A DNA stretch of 64,000 nt from contig JANJGN010000163.1 in NCBI GenBank assembly GCA_026770705.1, positions 186,001-250,000 on the forward strand, given 5' to 3'. Below the pieces are notes generated by a model. It saw only the letters and a program-made list of their open reading frames with translations, did not search any database and was not told the origin of the DNA. This stretch comes from Isurus oxyrinchus. Lineage: Eukaryota. The translations under genes and the position numbers were made by a program. Shown here piece after piece: positions 1-13,900 of this stretch. Position 1 is the stretch's first letter. Each line of letters starts with the position of its first letter.

Positions 1-1126
1 CCTCCCTGGTCAATGTGAATAACCTGAGGTCCCCTCTCTCTCTCTTCCAGTTCCTGATTTACAGTTACTGCTGAAATGTATGTTGGATGCTGTATGGTGA
101 TGAGTGGTGCAAAACAGGTATTCAGTTCACCTGCCATCTCCTTATTCTCCACTATCAATTCCACAGGATCACTCTCAAAAGGTCAAGCACTCACTTTGTT
201 AACTGTTTCCTTATTTAATCATCTTTATAAACTCTTACTACCCATCTTTAAATTTCCAACTAGCTTTCACTAGTAACCTAATATTCCCTATGTTTAAAAT
301 AGTTTCGGCATCTTTGGTGTTCTTCATATCCTGTGCAATTTTCTGACCTGCCACCTGTCTTTGTAATATTACTTGCTTTATCTCTAATTTTGATCATGTC
401 TTTTACTGTTTTCATTAATCACTGACGGTGTGCCCTCCCCTTGGAATTTTTTAGCTCATTGGAATGTATCCTTTCTGCGTCTGCTGAGAAATCTCTTCAA
501 ATATCTCCGCTGGACCTCTCCTGACCCATCCAATAACCTCATTCGCTGGGTCATGTTAGCTAGCTCTGCTTTCGTGCCCTCATAATTGACCTTATTTAGG
601 TTTGAAATAGTAGTCTTTGACCCACTCTTCTCTCCCTCAAACTGAATGTAAAATCCAAACATGTTATGATGGCTGTGACACAGAGGTGCCTTCACTATGT
701 GGCTTTCAGCTAATCCAATTTTGTTGTGTTATACCAGGTCTAGGTCAAAGACATGATCCTTCAAACATTCTGTGAATCTAAGATAAATATTCCCATCTGA
801 TTTTCCCAGCCTATATCTAGATTAAAATCCCCCAAGATCATTGCTGTATCTTTCCGACAACCTCCCATTACCTCATCTTTTATACTCTGTCCTATTTGTA
901 GTTATAATTATGGGGCCTCTACAGCACTTCCACAAGTAACTTCTTGCCTTTATAATTCCTCATCTCAAGCCAAACCATTTCTACATCCTGTTTTCATGGA
1001 CTTAAGTCTTCCATCTATAATGAGCTAACGCTAATATTAATTAAGGTGGACACCCTCCACCTTCTCATAGCTTTCGGCCCTTTATTAATGTTACACACCT
1101 TTCAATGTCCGTGTCCCCAGCTATGT
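1..1126 (-). mobile_element. Decayed CR1-clade LINE, ORF2 endonuclease region
   Basis: Minus-strand translation gives CR1 ORF2-like motifs with stops and frameshifts: DVEMVWLEMRNYKGKKLLVEVL*RP (~905-985), PLCHSHHNMFGFYIQFEGEKSGSKTTISNLNKVNYEGTKAELA (ORF 456-695; SDH motif region) and EMAGELNTCFA (~110-140). Confidence 0.8.
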
Positions 1127-1582
1127 TATAGTGAAACAGACACTGATAAAGTCTGAGTTGATCAAATCCCTTTGGGAGACGTGAAAAAAATGCTCATAAT
1201 CCAATTTTGCAATTTATATTTTTCGAGGTGCAGACTTTGACTTCAGTAACAATAAGACCACAGAGCAAAGAGGTGTGTTCATTAATAAAAGAAAGATTAA
1301 CAGGTACATATGTACGTCTACAAAATTGCTACTATAATAACTACAAAACCCCCTAATTAACCTGACTCTTTTAACAAATGTCATTTTACATTTGACTTTC
1401 CATCCTCCTTACGTTTACCTAATCAACATATAAAAACTGCTATACTTCAAATCACCCAGACTAGCTGGTTTTAATCCGATTAGGACACACACAGACACAC
1501 ACACTTTGACTCAGTGCCCACCAGAACTCTATTTATTAAAATCATTTCCACCGACGTTATAAACATTCATATCTCTTCGATA
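1127..1582. mobile_element. Degenerate solo-LTR-like insertion inside the CR1 element
   Basis: Interrupts the CR1 sequence, which resumes on the other side. Flanked by a candidate 4-bp target-site duplication ATGT (1123-1126 and 1583-1586). Collinear similarity to 2961-3713, e.g. tcaaatcacccagactagctgg vs tcaaaccacccacactagctgt. Confidence 0.55.
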
Positions 1583-1668
1583 ATGTCATCCTATAGCTAT
1601 GTCTCTGTAATGGAGATCAGGTCATATTTATGCTTCCAGTTCATCTGTTTGCTTTTCAATGCTACGTG
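1583..1668 (-). mobile_element. CR1 LINE ORF2 N-terminus, continuation of 1-1126
   Basis: Minus strand reads AARSIEKQTDELEA, then KYDLISITET*L*DD. These match the NARS...DEL and ITETW motifs of the APE-type endonuclease. Confidence 0.75.
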
Positions 1669-1920
1669 CTGCAATACTCCATCTCCCACTCAGCAAGCTC
1701 CCTGCTGGATTGCAGCTAAACGACAGAACACACGGGAACCTGTTCATCCTCCCCTGTCTGCAGGCCAAATCCAAGGACTTCCCATCCTCTGTCACTGATG
1801 TACAATATGCAGACGATGCTCGCATCTGTGCACCCTCGGACACCCCGCCTGTGACAGAGACTGTAGATCGTGCATTGGACTCTTCCGTCACCTGGGAATG
1901 ATTTTTAGTGTGGGAGCAAG
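1665..1920 (+). mobile_element. RTE-clade LINE reverse transcriptase fragment
   Basis: ORF 1659-1901 contains KLPAGLQLNDRTHGNLFILPCLQAKSK...VTDVQYADDARICA, with YADD at 1806-1817. An out-of-frame FRHLGMIFS (FxYLGS-like) follows. Confidence 0.75.
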
Positions 1921-2009
1921 TCAGCCTCCACCCCGAAACAGCCTGAGGAGGACATGCAGTCAGATACAGAGTTTTGATATTTATTGTTTTTGAGGCATCG
2001 AGACCCAGC

Positions 2010-2250
2010 TGCTGATTTACTCTTAGATTTGTACTCTCTGTTCCTTCCTGTCATGATCAGTTTACCATTTCCCATATTATTTGCTTTGTCCCTCCCCTGT
2101 AGCTGTCTACATCTTTACTATATCATCGCCTATTTCATCACTTGCCCCAGTCATTAAGTTAAAAACACTTTCTACTCGCATAGTTAAGCATCTCGCGAGG
2201 AGACCAGCCCCAGCACAGTTCAGGTGTGGACCATTCCCACGGTACAGACG
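2010..2250 (-). mobile_element. CR1 LINE ORF1 C-terminus (esterase-like) and inter-ORF region
   Basis: Minus strand of ~2150-2250 reads LYRGNGPHLNCAGAGLLARCLTMRVESVFN, resembling the DGLHLN motif at the end of CR1 ORF1. Orientation and order fit the ORF2 pieces to the left. Confidence 0.6.
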
Positions 2251-2679
2251 GTGTAGATTTAGAAAGGGAAGAACATCAAATATATTGCAGAATAATGGAA
2301 GGCAAGTGGAGAAAAGGAATAAAGCACCACTCTTCAGGCACCGACTCTTGTTGTTAATCCTTTCCAGACAGGGACAGCAGAGGGCACGCTAGGGACATCA
2401 ATAGGGAGGGAAGGCTGGGCAGGACCACAGCACTGCAGTGTCCAAACCCATCTGAAAATGTCACATCGTTCACCATTCCAGAGTTAAATGCCTCATAGTA
2501 AAATGTAAAATCAAGAGACCTGTCCAGATACCATCAGCTCTGAGGATATGTTCCTCCTGTTCAGCGTTTCAGAATCTGTTAAAAACCCTGGACCCGCTTG
2601 TTTTGTTGAGTGCTTCGAAACAACGGAAAATAGTCAAGATTTTAACCCTTTAATTCCTGAGCAGCACTCAGCTGTTGGA

Positions 2680-2950
2680 GCAAAATGGTTATGTTACTGG
2701 GCTACTAATCCAGAGGCCTGCAGAAACTGCCCCTTGACATTGGTTCAAACCCCACCAGGCTACAGCAGAATTAAACTTCAATTAAATAAATAAGTGAAAG
2801 CAATGGAAATTTATTAGGTGTAATCATTTCCACAAAACAACCCCAATGTCTTAAAACCAACCTGGTGCAGTGATCCCGCTGAGGGATGGGAGTCTGTCAT
2901 CCTTACCTCGGATGACTGTTACTCAGCCTCTGAAATGGCCTAGCCAAGTC
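2680..2950 (+). mobile_element. Degenerate SINE-like interspersed repeat
   Basis: tRNA-like head (tggttatgttactgggctactaatccagaggcctg ... ggttcaaacccc, B-box-like) and a body (ctctgaaatggcctagc) resembling a repeat I recall from shark genomes. Family name not assigned. Confidence 0.5.
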
Positions 2951-2960
2951 TTCCAATCCT

Positions 2961-3713
2961 TATTATGACCCAGCACTTGGTAAAGTTGAGTTATTTAAAA
3001 AGCTCAGAGGGAAAATTCAAACAACTGTCAGAACCTGGCTTTTTGTATTTGTATGTTTGGACTGGAGCTTTAAATTGAAGAATCAGGCCACCAATTCTCA
3101 CAAGGTTTTTACATCAAACTACATGAGACATTTATTAATTTACAAACAGTAAAATATATACACACGGTTACAAATTACTACAATAATAACTTTTACCAAA
3201 TTCCAAAAGTAATCTCCATTAAGGCAGCAGCAACTTATAGACTTAACTAGACACCAGGCAAAGCATTATTACCTTATGAATTCGCAATGGGGTTCCTTTC
3301 ACTTTGTGTCCTGTGGAGACAGTTGTAGGCTTACAGCTGCTTTGATCCAACACTCCCTCTCCCCTGCACACACAAAACGGCCATCTGTAATACACAGCAA
3401 ACCTTACTGAATGTAGATTCTCATTGTATCACTAGGCCCTTTGAACTCCACCTCTTCTAACAATACAGCTCTTTTTATATTACCAATGTTATCAGTAATA
3501 TAAACAGTGTGTGGTCTCTGCTAGCTAGGTGCCAGATTTCACACCACTTCTTGAATACTTTAATCAACAAAATGCAAATATACTCCAGCCCTCTTACATT
3601 TCAAACCACCCACACTAGCTGTCTTTAACCCCATTAACTCACACCCACTAAACATCTGTTTTAAAAGAAAAATAATTTCCAATAATATTATATACATTGA
3701 TATCTTCATGAGA
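2961..3713. mobile_element. Degenerate solo-LTR-like element
   Basis: Ends tattatgac...ttcatgaga resemble decayed TG..CA LTR termini. Collinear with the shorter copy at 1127-1582. No clear target-site duplication. Confidence 0.5.
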
Positions 3714-3811
3714 GTCAGTTGCAAGAAACCGATTACCCAACAGGGCAACAAGAAACAGTAGCACTTCCACAGATTGAATCAAGTGATGATTTACGTCCAC
3801 CCTCTTATACT

Positions 3812-6800
3812 GGAGGGGAGAGCTGTCTTGTAAATGAGTGATTGAAGGTTAGAGCTGTCTTGTCAATCAGTGACAGAATGGTAGAGATGTCTTGTCAATC
3901 AGTGACTGAATGGTAGAGATATCTTGTCAATGAGTGACTGAAGGGTAGAGCTGTCTTGTCAATGAGTGACTGAATGGTAGAGCTGTCTTGTCAATGAGTA
4001 ATTGAAAAGTGGAGCTGTCTTGTCAATGAGTGACTGAATGGTAGAGATGTTTTGTCAATCAGTGACTGAATGGTAGAGATGTCTTGTCAATGAGTGACTG
4101 AAGGGTAGAGCTGTCTTGTCAATGAGTGACTGAAGGGTAGAGCTGTCTTGTCAATCAGTGACTGAACGGTAGACCTGTCTTGTCAATGAGTGACTGAAGG
4201 GTAGAGCTGTCTTGTCAATGAGTGACTGAAGGGTAGCGCTGTCTTGTCAATGAGTGACTGAAGGGTAGAGCTGTCTTGTCAATGAGTGACTGAAGGGTAG
4301 AGCTGTCTTCTCAATGAGTGACTGAAGGGTAGAGCTGTCTTGTCAATGAGTAACTGAGGGTAGAGCTGTCTTGTCAGTCAGTGACTGAATGGTAGAGATG
4401 TCTTGTCAATCAGTGACTGAATGGTAGAGATGTCTTGTCAATGAGTGACTGAAGGGTAGAGCTGTCTTGTCAATGAGTGACTGAAGGGTAGAGCTGTCTT
4501 GTCAATGAGTAACTGAAGGGTAGAGATGTCTTGTCAATGAGTGACTGAAGGGTAGAGCCGTCTTGTCAATGAGTAACTGAAGGGTAGAGCTGTCTTGTCA
4601 ATGAGTGACTGAAGGGTAGAGCTGTCGTGTCAATGAGTAACTGAAGGGTAGAGCTGTCGTGTCAATGAGTGACTGAAGGGTAGAGCTGTCTTGTCAATGA
4701 GTGACTGAAGGGTAGAGATGTCGTGTCAATGAGTGACTGAAGGGTAGAGCTGTCTTGTCAATCAGTGACTGAAGGATAGAGCTGTCTTGTCAATGAGTGA
4801 CTGAATGGTAGAGCTGTCGTGTCAATGAGTGACTGAAGGGTAGAGCTGTCTTGTCAATGAGTGACTGAAGGGTAGAGCTGTCTTGTCATTGAGTGACTGA
4901 AGGGTAGAGCTGTCTTGTCAAAGAGTGACTGAAGGGTAGAGCTGTCTTGTCAATGAGTGACTGAAGGGTAGAGCTGTCTTGTCAATGAGTGACTGAAAGG
5001 TAGAGCTGTCTTGTCAATGAGTGACTGAAGGGTAGAGCTCTCTTGTCAATGAGTGACTGAAGGGTAGAGCTGTCTTGTCAATGAGTGACTGAAGGGTAGA
5101 GCTGTCTTGTCAATGAGTGACTGAAGGGTAGATCTGTCTTGTCAATCAGTGACTGAAGGGTAGAGCTGTCTTGTCAATGAGTGACTGAACGGTAGAGCTG
5201 TCTTGTCAATGAGTGACTGAAGGGTAGAGCTGTCTTGTCAATCAGTGACTGAAGGGTAGAGCTGTCTTGTCAATAAGTGACTGAAGGGTAGAGCTGTCTT
5301 GTCAATGGGTGACTGAAGGGTAGAGCTGTCTTGTCAATGAGTGACTGAATGGTAGAGCTGTCTTGTCAATGAGTGACTGAAGGGTAGAGATGTCTTGTCA
5401 ATGAGTGACTGAAGGGTAGAGCTGTATTGTCAATGAGTGACTGAAGGGTAGAGCTGTCTTGTCAATGAGTGACTGAAGGGTAGAGCTGTCTTGTCAATGA
5501 GTGACTGACGGGTAGAGCTGTCTTGTCAATGAGTAACTGAATGGTAGAGCTGTCTTGTCAATGAGTAACTGAAAAGTAGAGCTGTCTTGTCAATGAGTGA
5601 CTGAAGGGTCGAGCTGTCTTGTCAATGAGTGACTGAAGGGTAGACGTGTCTTGTCAATGAGTGACTGAAGGGTAGAGCTGTCTTGTCAATGAGTGACTGA
5701 AGGGTAGGGCTGTCTTGTCAATGAGTGACTGAAGGGTAGAGCTGTCTTGTCAATGAGTGACTGAAGGGTAGAGCTGTCTTGTTAATGAGTGACTGAAGGG
5801 TAGAGCTCTCCTGTCAATGAGTAACTGAAGGGTAGAGCTGTCTTGTCAATGAGTGACTGAAGGATAGAGCTGTCTTGTCAATGAGTAACTGAAGGGTAGA
5901 GCTGTCTTGTCAATGAGTGACTGAAGGGTAGAGCTGTCTTGTGAATGAGTGATTGAAGGGTCGAACTGTCTTGTCAATCAGTGACTCAATGGTAGAGGTG
6001 TCTTGTCAATGAGTGACTGAAGGGTAGAGCTGTCTTGTCAATGTGTGACTGAAGGTTAGAGCTGTCTTGTCAATGGGTGACTGAAGGGGAGAGCTGTCAT
6101 GTCAATGAATGACTGAATGTTAGACCTGTCTTGTCAATGAGTGACTGAAGGGTAGAGCTGTCTTGTCAATGAGTGACTGAAGCGTAGAGCTCTCTTGTCA
6201 ATGAGAGACTGAAGGGTAGAGCTGTCTTGTCAATGAGTGACTGACGGGTAGAGCTGTCTTGTCAATGAGTGACTGAAGGGTAGAGCTGTCTTGTCAATGA
6301 GTAACTGAAGGGTAGTGCTGTCTTGTCAATGAGTGACTGATGGGTAGTGTTGTCTTGTCAATGAGTGACTGAACTGCAGATCTGTCTTGTCAATGAGTGA
6401 CTGAAGGGTAGAGCTGTCTTGTCAATGAGTGACTGAAGGGTAGAGCTGTCTTGTCAATGAGTGACTGAAGGGTAGAGCTGTCTTGTCAATGAGTGACTGA
6501 AGGGTAGTTCTGTCTTGTCAATGAGTGACTGAAGGGTAGTGTTGTCTTGTCAATGAGTGACTGAAGGGTAGATCTGTCTTGTCAATGAGTGACTGAAGGG
6601 TAGAGCTGTCTTGTCAATGAGTGACTGAAGGGTAGAGCTGTCTAATCAATGAGTGACTGAAGGGTAGAGCTCTCTTGTCAATGAGTGACTGAAGGGTAGA
6701 GCTGTCTTGTCAATGAGTGACTGAAGGGTAGAGCTGTCTTGGCAATGAGTGACTGAAGGGTAGAGCTGTCTTGTCAATGAGTGACTGAAGGGTAGAGCTG

Positions 6801-6916
6801 TCTTGTCAATGAGTGACTGAAGGGTAGAGCTGTCTTGTCAATGAGTGACTGAAGGGTAGAGCTGTCTTGTCAATGAGTGACTGAAGGGTAGAACTCTCTT
6901 GTCAATCATTGAAGGG
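3812..6916. repeat. 32-bp tandem repeat, ~97 copies, consensus GAGCTGTCTTGTCAATGAGTGACTGAAGGGTA
   Basis: Directly visible; period 32 (gtcaat at 6421 and 6453). Confidence 0.98.
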
Positions 6917-6939
6917 ATTCTTCAGACTTTAGTTGTTCT

Positions 6940-7135
6940 GGAGCCACATGTGAATCCCGGCCCAGGGAAATCTGGCTGGCTCTTTAACTGCCCTGAAATG
7001 GCACCGCAAATCATGGTTTAACCCATCCGTCTTTATAATGGACTGGAGAGGTTAGTGGAGCTGCTCAATGACACACTCTCAAGGACAATTGGATGTTGGA
7101 GTTGGCAGTGACGGGTAGTCCCTATAAATAATAAA
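6940..7135 (+). mobile_element. Degenerate 3' portion of a SINE/LINE-like repeat
   Basis: ctttaactgccctgaaatggc (shared with ~2925-2945) ... ctctcaaggacaattggatg ... A-rich tail ataaataataaa. Confidence 0.35.
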
Positions 7136-7329
7136 CCAACAGAACACATTATTGTGCTCATCAGTGCCTGAAATAGATGTTATTTTTGTCTTGAGCTGAC
7201 ATTTGGATTGATAGGTGTCTGTATATTATTATTAATGATGGGCCATCAGCATTGTCACCTGTACCAATCCATCTCTCCTCACCTGCTCATCCCCTAAAGA
7301 GCTCCTATTTCATTGTGCAGTTGTTATTT

Positions 7330-7575
7330 TTTTATCCAATTCAGCTCCCTCAACTCGGCCAGGCAGAAAATTCCAGATCACAACATCTCCCTGCGTAGAA
7401 AAGAAACTCTCCTGCGCTCTCTTCAGCTTTTGCTAATTCCCTTCACTCTATGGACTCTATTGTTTATAGACGACACACTCGGGGGATTGACTCTCCTTAT
7501 CACCTCTATCCAATCACTCCTGACAGTAGCTAACTGTGATAATATCGCCCCGCCTATCCTACTGTCCTGTAAAAT
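7330..7575 (-). mobile_element. Highly decayed CR1-like ORF2 3' fragment
   Basis: ttccagatcacaacatctccctgcgtagaaaagaaactctcct resembles the antisense of the CR1 ORF2 C-terminal coding region. Recognised from memory only. Confidence 0.35.
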
Positions 7576-7625
7576 TGTGTAAACGTACCGACAGAAGCAA
7601 TGTGGGGGAGGCTGGTTTCTCAGAC

Positions 7626-7647
7626 TGTGACGTTTGCACCATAATAA
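7626..7647 (+). promoter_or_regulatory. Putative V-beta promoter: CRE/decamer-like element and TATA-like element
   Basis: TGTGACGTTT (7626-7635) has a TGACG core and matches the V-beta decamer AGTGAYRTCA at 7/10. ATAATAA at 7641-7647. Both lie ~110-130 bp upstream of the leader ATG. Confidence 0.5.
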
Positions 7648-7755
7648 CCAGCAGATGCTCCGAGTGTAACCAGTCCCAGCAGAGACGCTGCCCTCACTCG
7701 GGTTATTGGGCTACACTCCATTCACACATCGACCTGGGTGTCGAAGGAATAGATC

Positions 7756-7804
7756 ATGTTTCCCGGAGTTTACTCCCTCATCTCGGTGGCTGCGATTTTG
7801 CCAC
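7756..7804 (+). CDS. TRBV: Leader exon (L-PART1) of the TCR beta V gene: MFPGVYSLISVAAILP + C
   Basis: 49-nt exon (16 codons + 1), hydrophobic, followed by donor GTATGT at 7805. Its phase 1 matches the V-exon acceptor, giving MFPGVYSLISVAAILPRILA-SYVEQFP. Confidence 0.75.
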
Positions 7805-7968
7805 GTATGTCAAAGTTCACCAGGTAGTGGGGGGGCTTGGGAGGGGGGTTGGGGGGGGTAATTGTTTCTGATACTGAGTTGTGATTTAGTCGGTAGAAAC
7901 TCTCACATCTATGTGAGTAGGTGAGAGGCTGGAGATTCACTCCAGATGGTTTGACCTTGAAGCCAAGG

Positions 7969-10900
7969 CTGGAAAATCCATGTGTCACTACTGAACTCTC
8001 CATGTGTCACTATTGAACTCACCATGTGTCACTACTGAACTCTCCATGTGTCACTACTGAACTCTCCATGTGTCACTACTGGACACTCCATGGGTCACTA
8101 CTGGACACTCCATGTGTCACTACTCGACACTCCATGTGTCACTACTGGACACTCCATGTATCACTACTGACCTCTCCATGTGTCACTACTGAACTCTCCA
8201 CATGTCACTACTGGACACTCCATGTGTCACTACTGAACTCTCCATGTGTCACTACTGGACACTCCACGTGTCACTACTGGACACTCCATGTGTCACTACT
8301 GGACACTCCATGTGTCACTACTGAACTCTCCATGTGTCACTACTGAACACTCCATGTGTCACTACTGAACACTCCATGTGTCACTACTGAACTCTCCATG
8401 TATCACTACTGAACTCTCCATGTGTCACTACCGGACACTATATGTGTCACTACTGGACACTCCATCTGTCACTACTGAACTCTCCATGTGCCACTACTGA
8501 ACTCTCCATGTGTCACTACTGGACACTCCATGTGTCACTACGGGACACTCCATCTGTCACTACTAGACACTCCATGTGTCACAACTGAACTCTCCTTGTG
8601 TCACTACTAGACACTCCATGTGTCACAACTGAACTCTCCTAGTGTCACTACTGGACACTCCATGTGTCACTACTGGACACACCATGTGTCACTACTGAAC
8701 TCCCCATGTGTCACTATTGAACTCTCCATGTGTCACTACTCGACACTCCATGTGTCTCTACTGAACTCTCCATGTGTCACTACTGGACACTCCATGTGTC
8801 ACTACTGAACTCTCCATGTGTCATTACTCGACACTCCATGTATCACTACTGAACGCTCCATGTGTCACTACTGGACACTCCATGTGTCACTACTGAACTC
8901 TCCATGTGTCACTACTGGACATTCCATGTGCCACTACTGAACTCTCCATGTGTCACTACTGGACACTCCATGTGTCACTACTAGACACTCCATGTGTCTC
9001 TACTGGACATTCCATGAGTCACTACTGAACTCTCCATGTGTCACTACTGAACTCTACATGCGTCACTACTGGACACTCCATGTGTCACTACTAGACACTC
9101 CATGTGTCACTACTAGACACGCCATGTGTCACTACTGGACATTCCATGTGTCACTACTGAACTCTCCACGTGTCACTACTGAACTCTCCATGTGTCACTA
9201 CTCGACACTACATGTGTCACTACTGAACTCTCCATGTATTGCTACTGAACTCTCCATGTGTCACTACTGAACTCTCCATGTGTCACTACTGAACTCTCCA
9301 TGTGTCACACTCGACACTCCATGTGTCATAACTGAACTCTCCATGTGTCACTACTGAACTATCCATGTGTCACTACTCGACACTCCATGTGTCACTACTG
9401 AACTCACCATGTGTCACTACTGGACACTCCATGTGTTACTACTGGACACTCCATGTATCACTCCTGAACTCCCCATGTGTCACTAGTCGACACTCCATGT
9501 GTCACTACTGGACACTCCATGTGTCACTGAACTCTCCACGTGTCACTACTGGACACTCCATGTGTCACAACTGAACTCCCCATGTGTCACTACTCGACAC
9601 TCCATGTGTCACTACTGAACTCTCCATGTGTCACTACTGAACTCTACATCACTACTGAACACTCCATGTGTCACTACTGAACTCTCCATGAGTCACTACT
9701 GGACACTCCTTGTGTCACTACTGGACACTCCATGTGTCACTACTAGACACTCCATGTGTCACTACTGGACACGCCATGTGTCACTACTGGACATTCCATG
9801 TGTCACTACTGGACACTCCATGTGTCACTACGGGACACTCCATCTGTCACTACTAGACACTCCATGTGTCACAACTGAACTCTCCTTGTGTCACTACTAG
9901 ACACTCCATGTGTCACAACTGAACTCTCCTAGTGTCACTACTGGACACTCCATGTGTCACTACTGGACACACCATGTGTCACTACTGAACTCCCCATGTG
10001 TCACTACTGAACTCTCCATGTGTCACTACTCGACACTCCATGTGTCACTACTGAACTCTCCATGTGTCACTACTGGACACTCCATGTGTCACTACTGGAC
10101 ACTCCATGTGTCACTACTGAACTCTCCACGTGTCACTACTGAACTCACCACGTGTCACTACTTGACACTCCACGTGTCACTACTGTACACTCCACGTGTC
10201 ACTACTGAACTCTCCATGTGTCACTACTGAACTCTCCACGTGTCACTACTGGACACTCCATGTGTCACTACTGGACACTCCATCTGTCACTACTGAACTC
10301 TCCATGTGTCACTACTGAACTCTCCATGTGTCACTACTGAACACTCCATGTGTCACTACTGAACTCTCCATGTGTCACTACCGAACTCTCCATGTGTCAC
10401 TACTGAACTCTCCATGTGTCACTACTGGACACTCCATGTGTCACTACTAGACACTCCATGTGTCACTACTGGACACGCCATGTGTCACTACTGGACATTC
10501 CATGTGTCACTACTGGACACTCTATGTATCACTACTGAACTCTCCGTGTGTCACTACTGAACTCTCCATGTGTCACTACTGGAAACTCCATGTGTCACTA
10601 CTGAACTCTCCATGTGTCACTACTGAGCTCTCCATGTGTCACTACGGGACAGTCCATGTGTCACTACTGGACACTCCATGTGTCACTACTGGACACGCCA
10701 TGTGTCACTACTGGACATTCCATGTGTCACTACTGGACACTCTATGTATCACTACTGAACTCTCCGTGTGTCACTACTGAACTCTCCATGTGTCACTACT
10801 GGACACTCCATGTGTCACTACTGAACTCTTCATGTGTCACTACTGGACACTCCATGTGTCACTACTGAACTCTCCATGTGTCACTACTGGACATTCCATG

Positions 10901-13900
10901 TGCCACTACTGAACTCTCCATGTGTCACTACTGGACACTCCACGTGTCACTATTAGACACTCTATGTGTCTCTACTGGACATTCCATGAGTCATTACTGA
11001 ACTCTCCATGTGTCACTACTGAACTCTCGATGTGTCACTACTGGACACTCCATGGTTCACTTCTAGACACTACATGTGTCACTACTGAACTCTCCATGTA
11101 TTGCTACTGAACTCTCCATGTGTCACAACAGAACTCTCCATGTGTCACTAATGAACTCTCCATGTGTCACTACTGAACACTCCATGTGTCACTACTGAAC
11201 TCTCCATGTGTCACTACCGAACTCTCCATGTGTCACTACTGAACTCTCTATGTGTCACTACTGGAAACTCCATGTGTCACTACTAAACTCGCCATGTGTC
11301 ACTACTGGACACTCCATGTGTTACTACTGGACACTCCATGTGTCACTCCTGAACTCCCCATGTGTCACTACTCGACACTCCATGTGTCACTACTGGACAC
11401 TCCATGTGTCACTACTGAACTCTCCACGTGTCACTACTGGACACTCCATGTGTCACTACTGAACTCCCCATGTGTCACTACTCGACACTCCATGTGTCAC
11501 TACTGAACTCTCCGTGTGTCACTACTGAACTCTACATGTGTCACTACTGAACTCTCCATGTGTCACTACTGAACTCTCCATGAGTCACTACTGGACACTC
11601 CATGTGTCACTACTGATCTCTCCATGTGTCACTACTGAACTCTCCATGAGTCACTACTGGACACTCCATGTGTCACTACTGAACTCTCCATGTGTCACTA
11701 CTCGACACTCCATGTGTCACTACTGGCACTCCATGTGTCACTACTGGACACTCCATGTGTCACTACTGAACTCTCCATGTGTCACTGCTGGACACTCCAT
11801 GTGTCACTGCTCGACACTCCATGTGTCACTATTTGACACTCCATGTGTCACTACTTGACACTCCATGTGTCACTACTGGACTGTCCATGTGTCACTACTA
11901 GACACTCCATGTGTCACTACTGGACACGCCATGTGTCACTACTGGACATTCCATGTGTCACTACTGTACACTCTATGTATCACTACTGAACTCTCCGTGT
12001 GTCACTACTGAACTCTCCATGTGTCACTACTGGAAACTCCATGTGTCACTACTAAACTCGCCATGTGTCACTACTGGACACTCCATGTGTTACTACTGGA
12101 CACTCCATGTGTCACTCCTGAACTCCCCATGTGTCACTACTCGACACTCCATGTGTCACTACTGGACACTCCATGTGTCACTACTGAACTCTCCACGTGT
12201 CACTACTGGACACTCCATGTGTCACTACTGAACTCCCCATGTGTCACTACTCGACACTCCATGTGTCACTACTGAACTCTCCGTGTGTCACTACTGAACT
12301 CTACATGTGTCACTACTGAACTCTCCATGTGTCACTACTGAACTCTCCATGAGTCACAACTGGACACTCCATGTGTCACTACTGAACTCTCCATGTGTCA
12401 CTACTGAACTCTCCATGAGTCACTACTGGACACTCCATGTGTCACTACTGAACTCTCCATGTGTCACTACTCGACACTCCATGTGTCACTACTGGACACT
12501 CCATGTGTCACTACTGGACACTCCATGTGTCACTACTGAACTCTCCATGTGTCACTACTGGACACTCCATGTGTCACTGCTCGACACTCCATGTGTCACT
12601 ATTTGACACTCCATCTGTCACTACTTGACACTCCATGTGTCACTACTGGACTGTCCATGTGTCACTACTGGACACTCCATCTGTCACTGCTGAACTCTCC
12701 ATGTGTCACTACTAAACTCTCCATGTGTCACTACTGGACACTCCATGCATCACTACTGGACACTCCATGTGTCACTGCTCGACACTCCATGTGTCACTAC
12801 TGAACTCTCCATGTGTCACTACTGGACACTGCATGTGTCACTACTGGACTGTCCATGTGTCACTACTGGACACTCCATCTGTCACTGCTGAACTCTCCAT
12901 GTGTCACTACTGAACTCTCCATGTGTCACTACCAAACTCTCCATGTGTCACTACTGGACACTCCATGTGTCACTACGGGGCACTCCATGTGTCACTACTG
13001 AACTCTCCATGTGTCACTACTGGACACTCCATGTGTCACTACTGAACTCTCCATGTGTCACTACTCGACACTCCATGTATCACTACTGAACGTTCCATGT
13101 GTCACTACCGGACATTCCATGTGTCACTACTGAACTCTCCATGTGTCACTACTGGACACTCCATGTGTCACTACCGGACACTCCATGTGTCACTACCGGA
13201 CATTCCATGTGTCACTACTGAACTGTCCATGTGTCACTACTGGACACTACACGTGTCACTAGTAGACACTCCACGTGTCACTACTGAACTCTCCATGTGT
13301 CACTACTGGACACTCCATGTGTCACTACTGAACTCTCCATATGTCACTACAGGACACTCCATGTGTCACTACCGGACACTCCATGTGTCACTACCGGACA
13401 GTCCATGTGTCACTACTCGACACTCCATGTGTCACTACTGAACTCTCCATGTGTCACTACTGGACACTCCATGTGTCACTACTCGACACTCCATGCGTCA
13501 CTACGGAACTCTCCATGTGTCACTACTCGACACTCCATGTGTCACTACTGAACTCTCCATGTGTCACTACTGGACACTCCATGTGTCACTACTGAACTCT
13601 CCATGTGTCACTACCGGTCACTCCATGTGTCACTACCGGACACTCCATGTGTCACTACTCGACACTCCATGTGTCACTACTGCACTCTCCATGTGCCACA
13701 ACTGGACACTCCATGTGTCACTACTGGACACTCCATATGTCACTACTGGACACTCCATGTGCCACTACTGAATTCTCCATGTGTCACTACTCGACACTCC
13801 ATGTGTCACTACTGAACTCTCCATGTGTCACTACTGGACACTCCATGTGTCACTACTGAACTCTCCATGTGTCACTACTGAACTCTCCATGTGTCACTAC

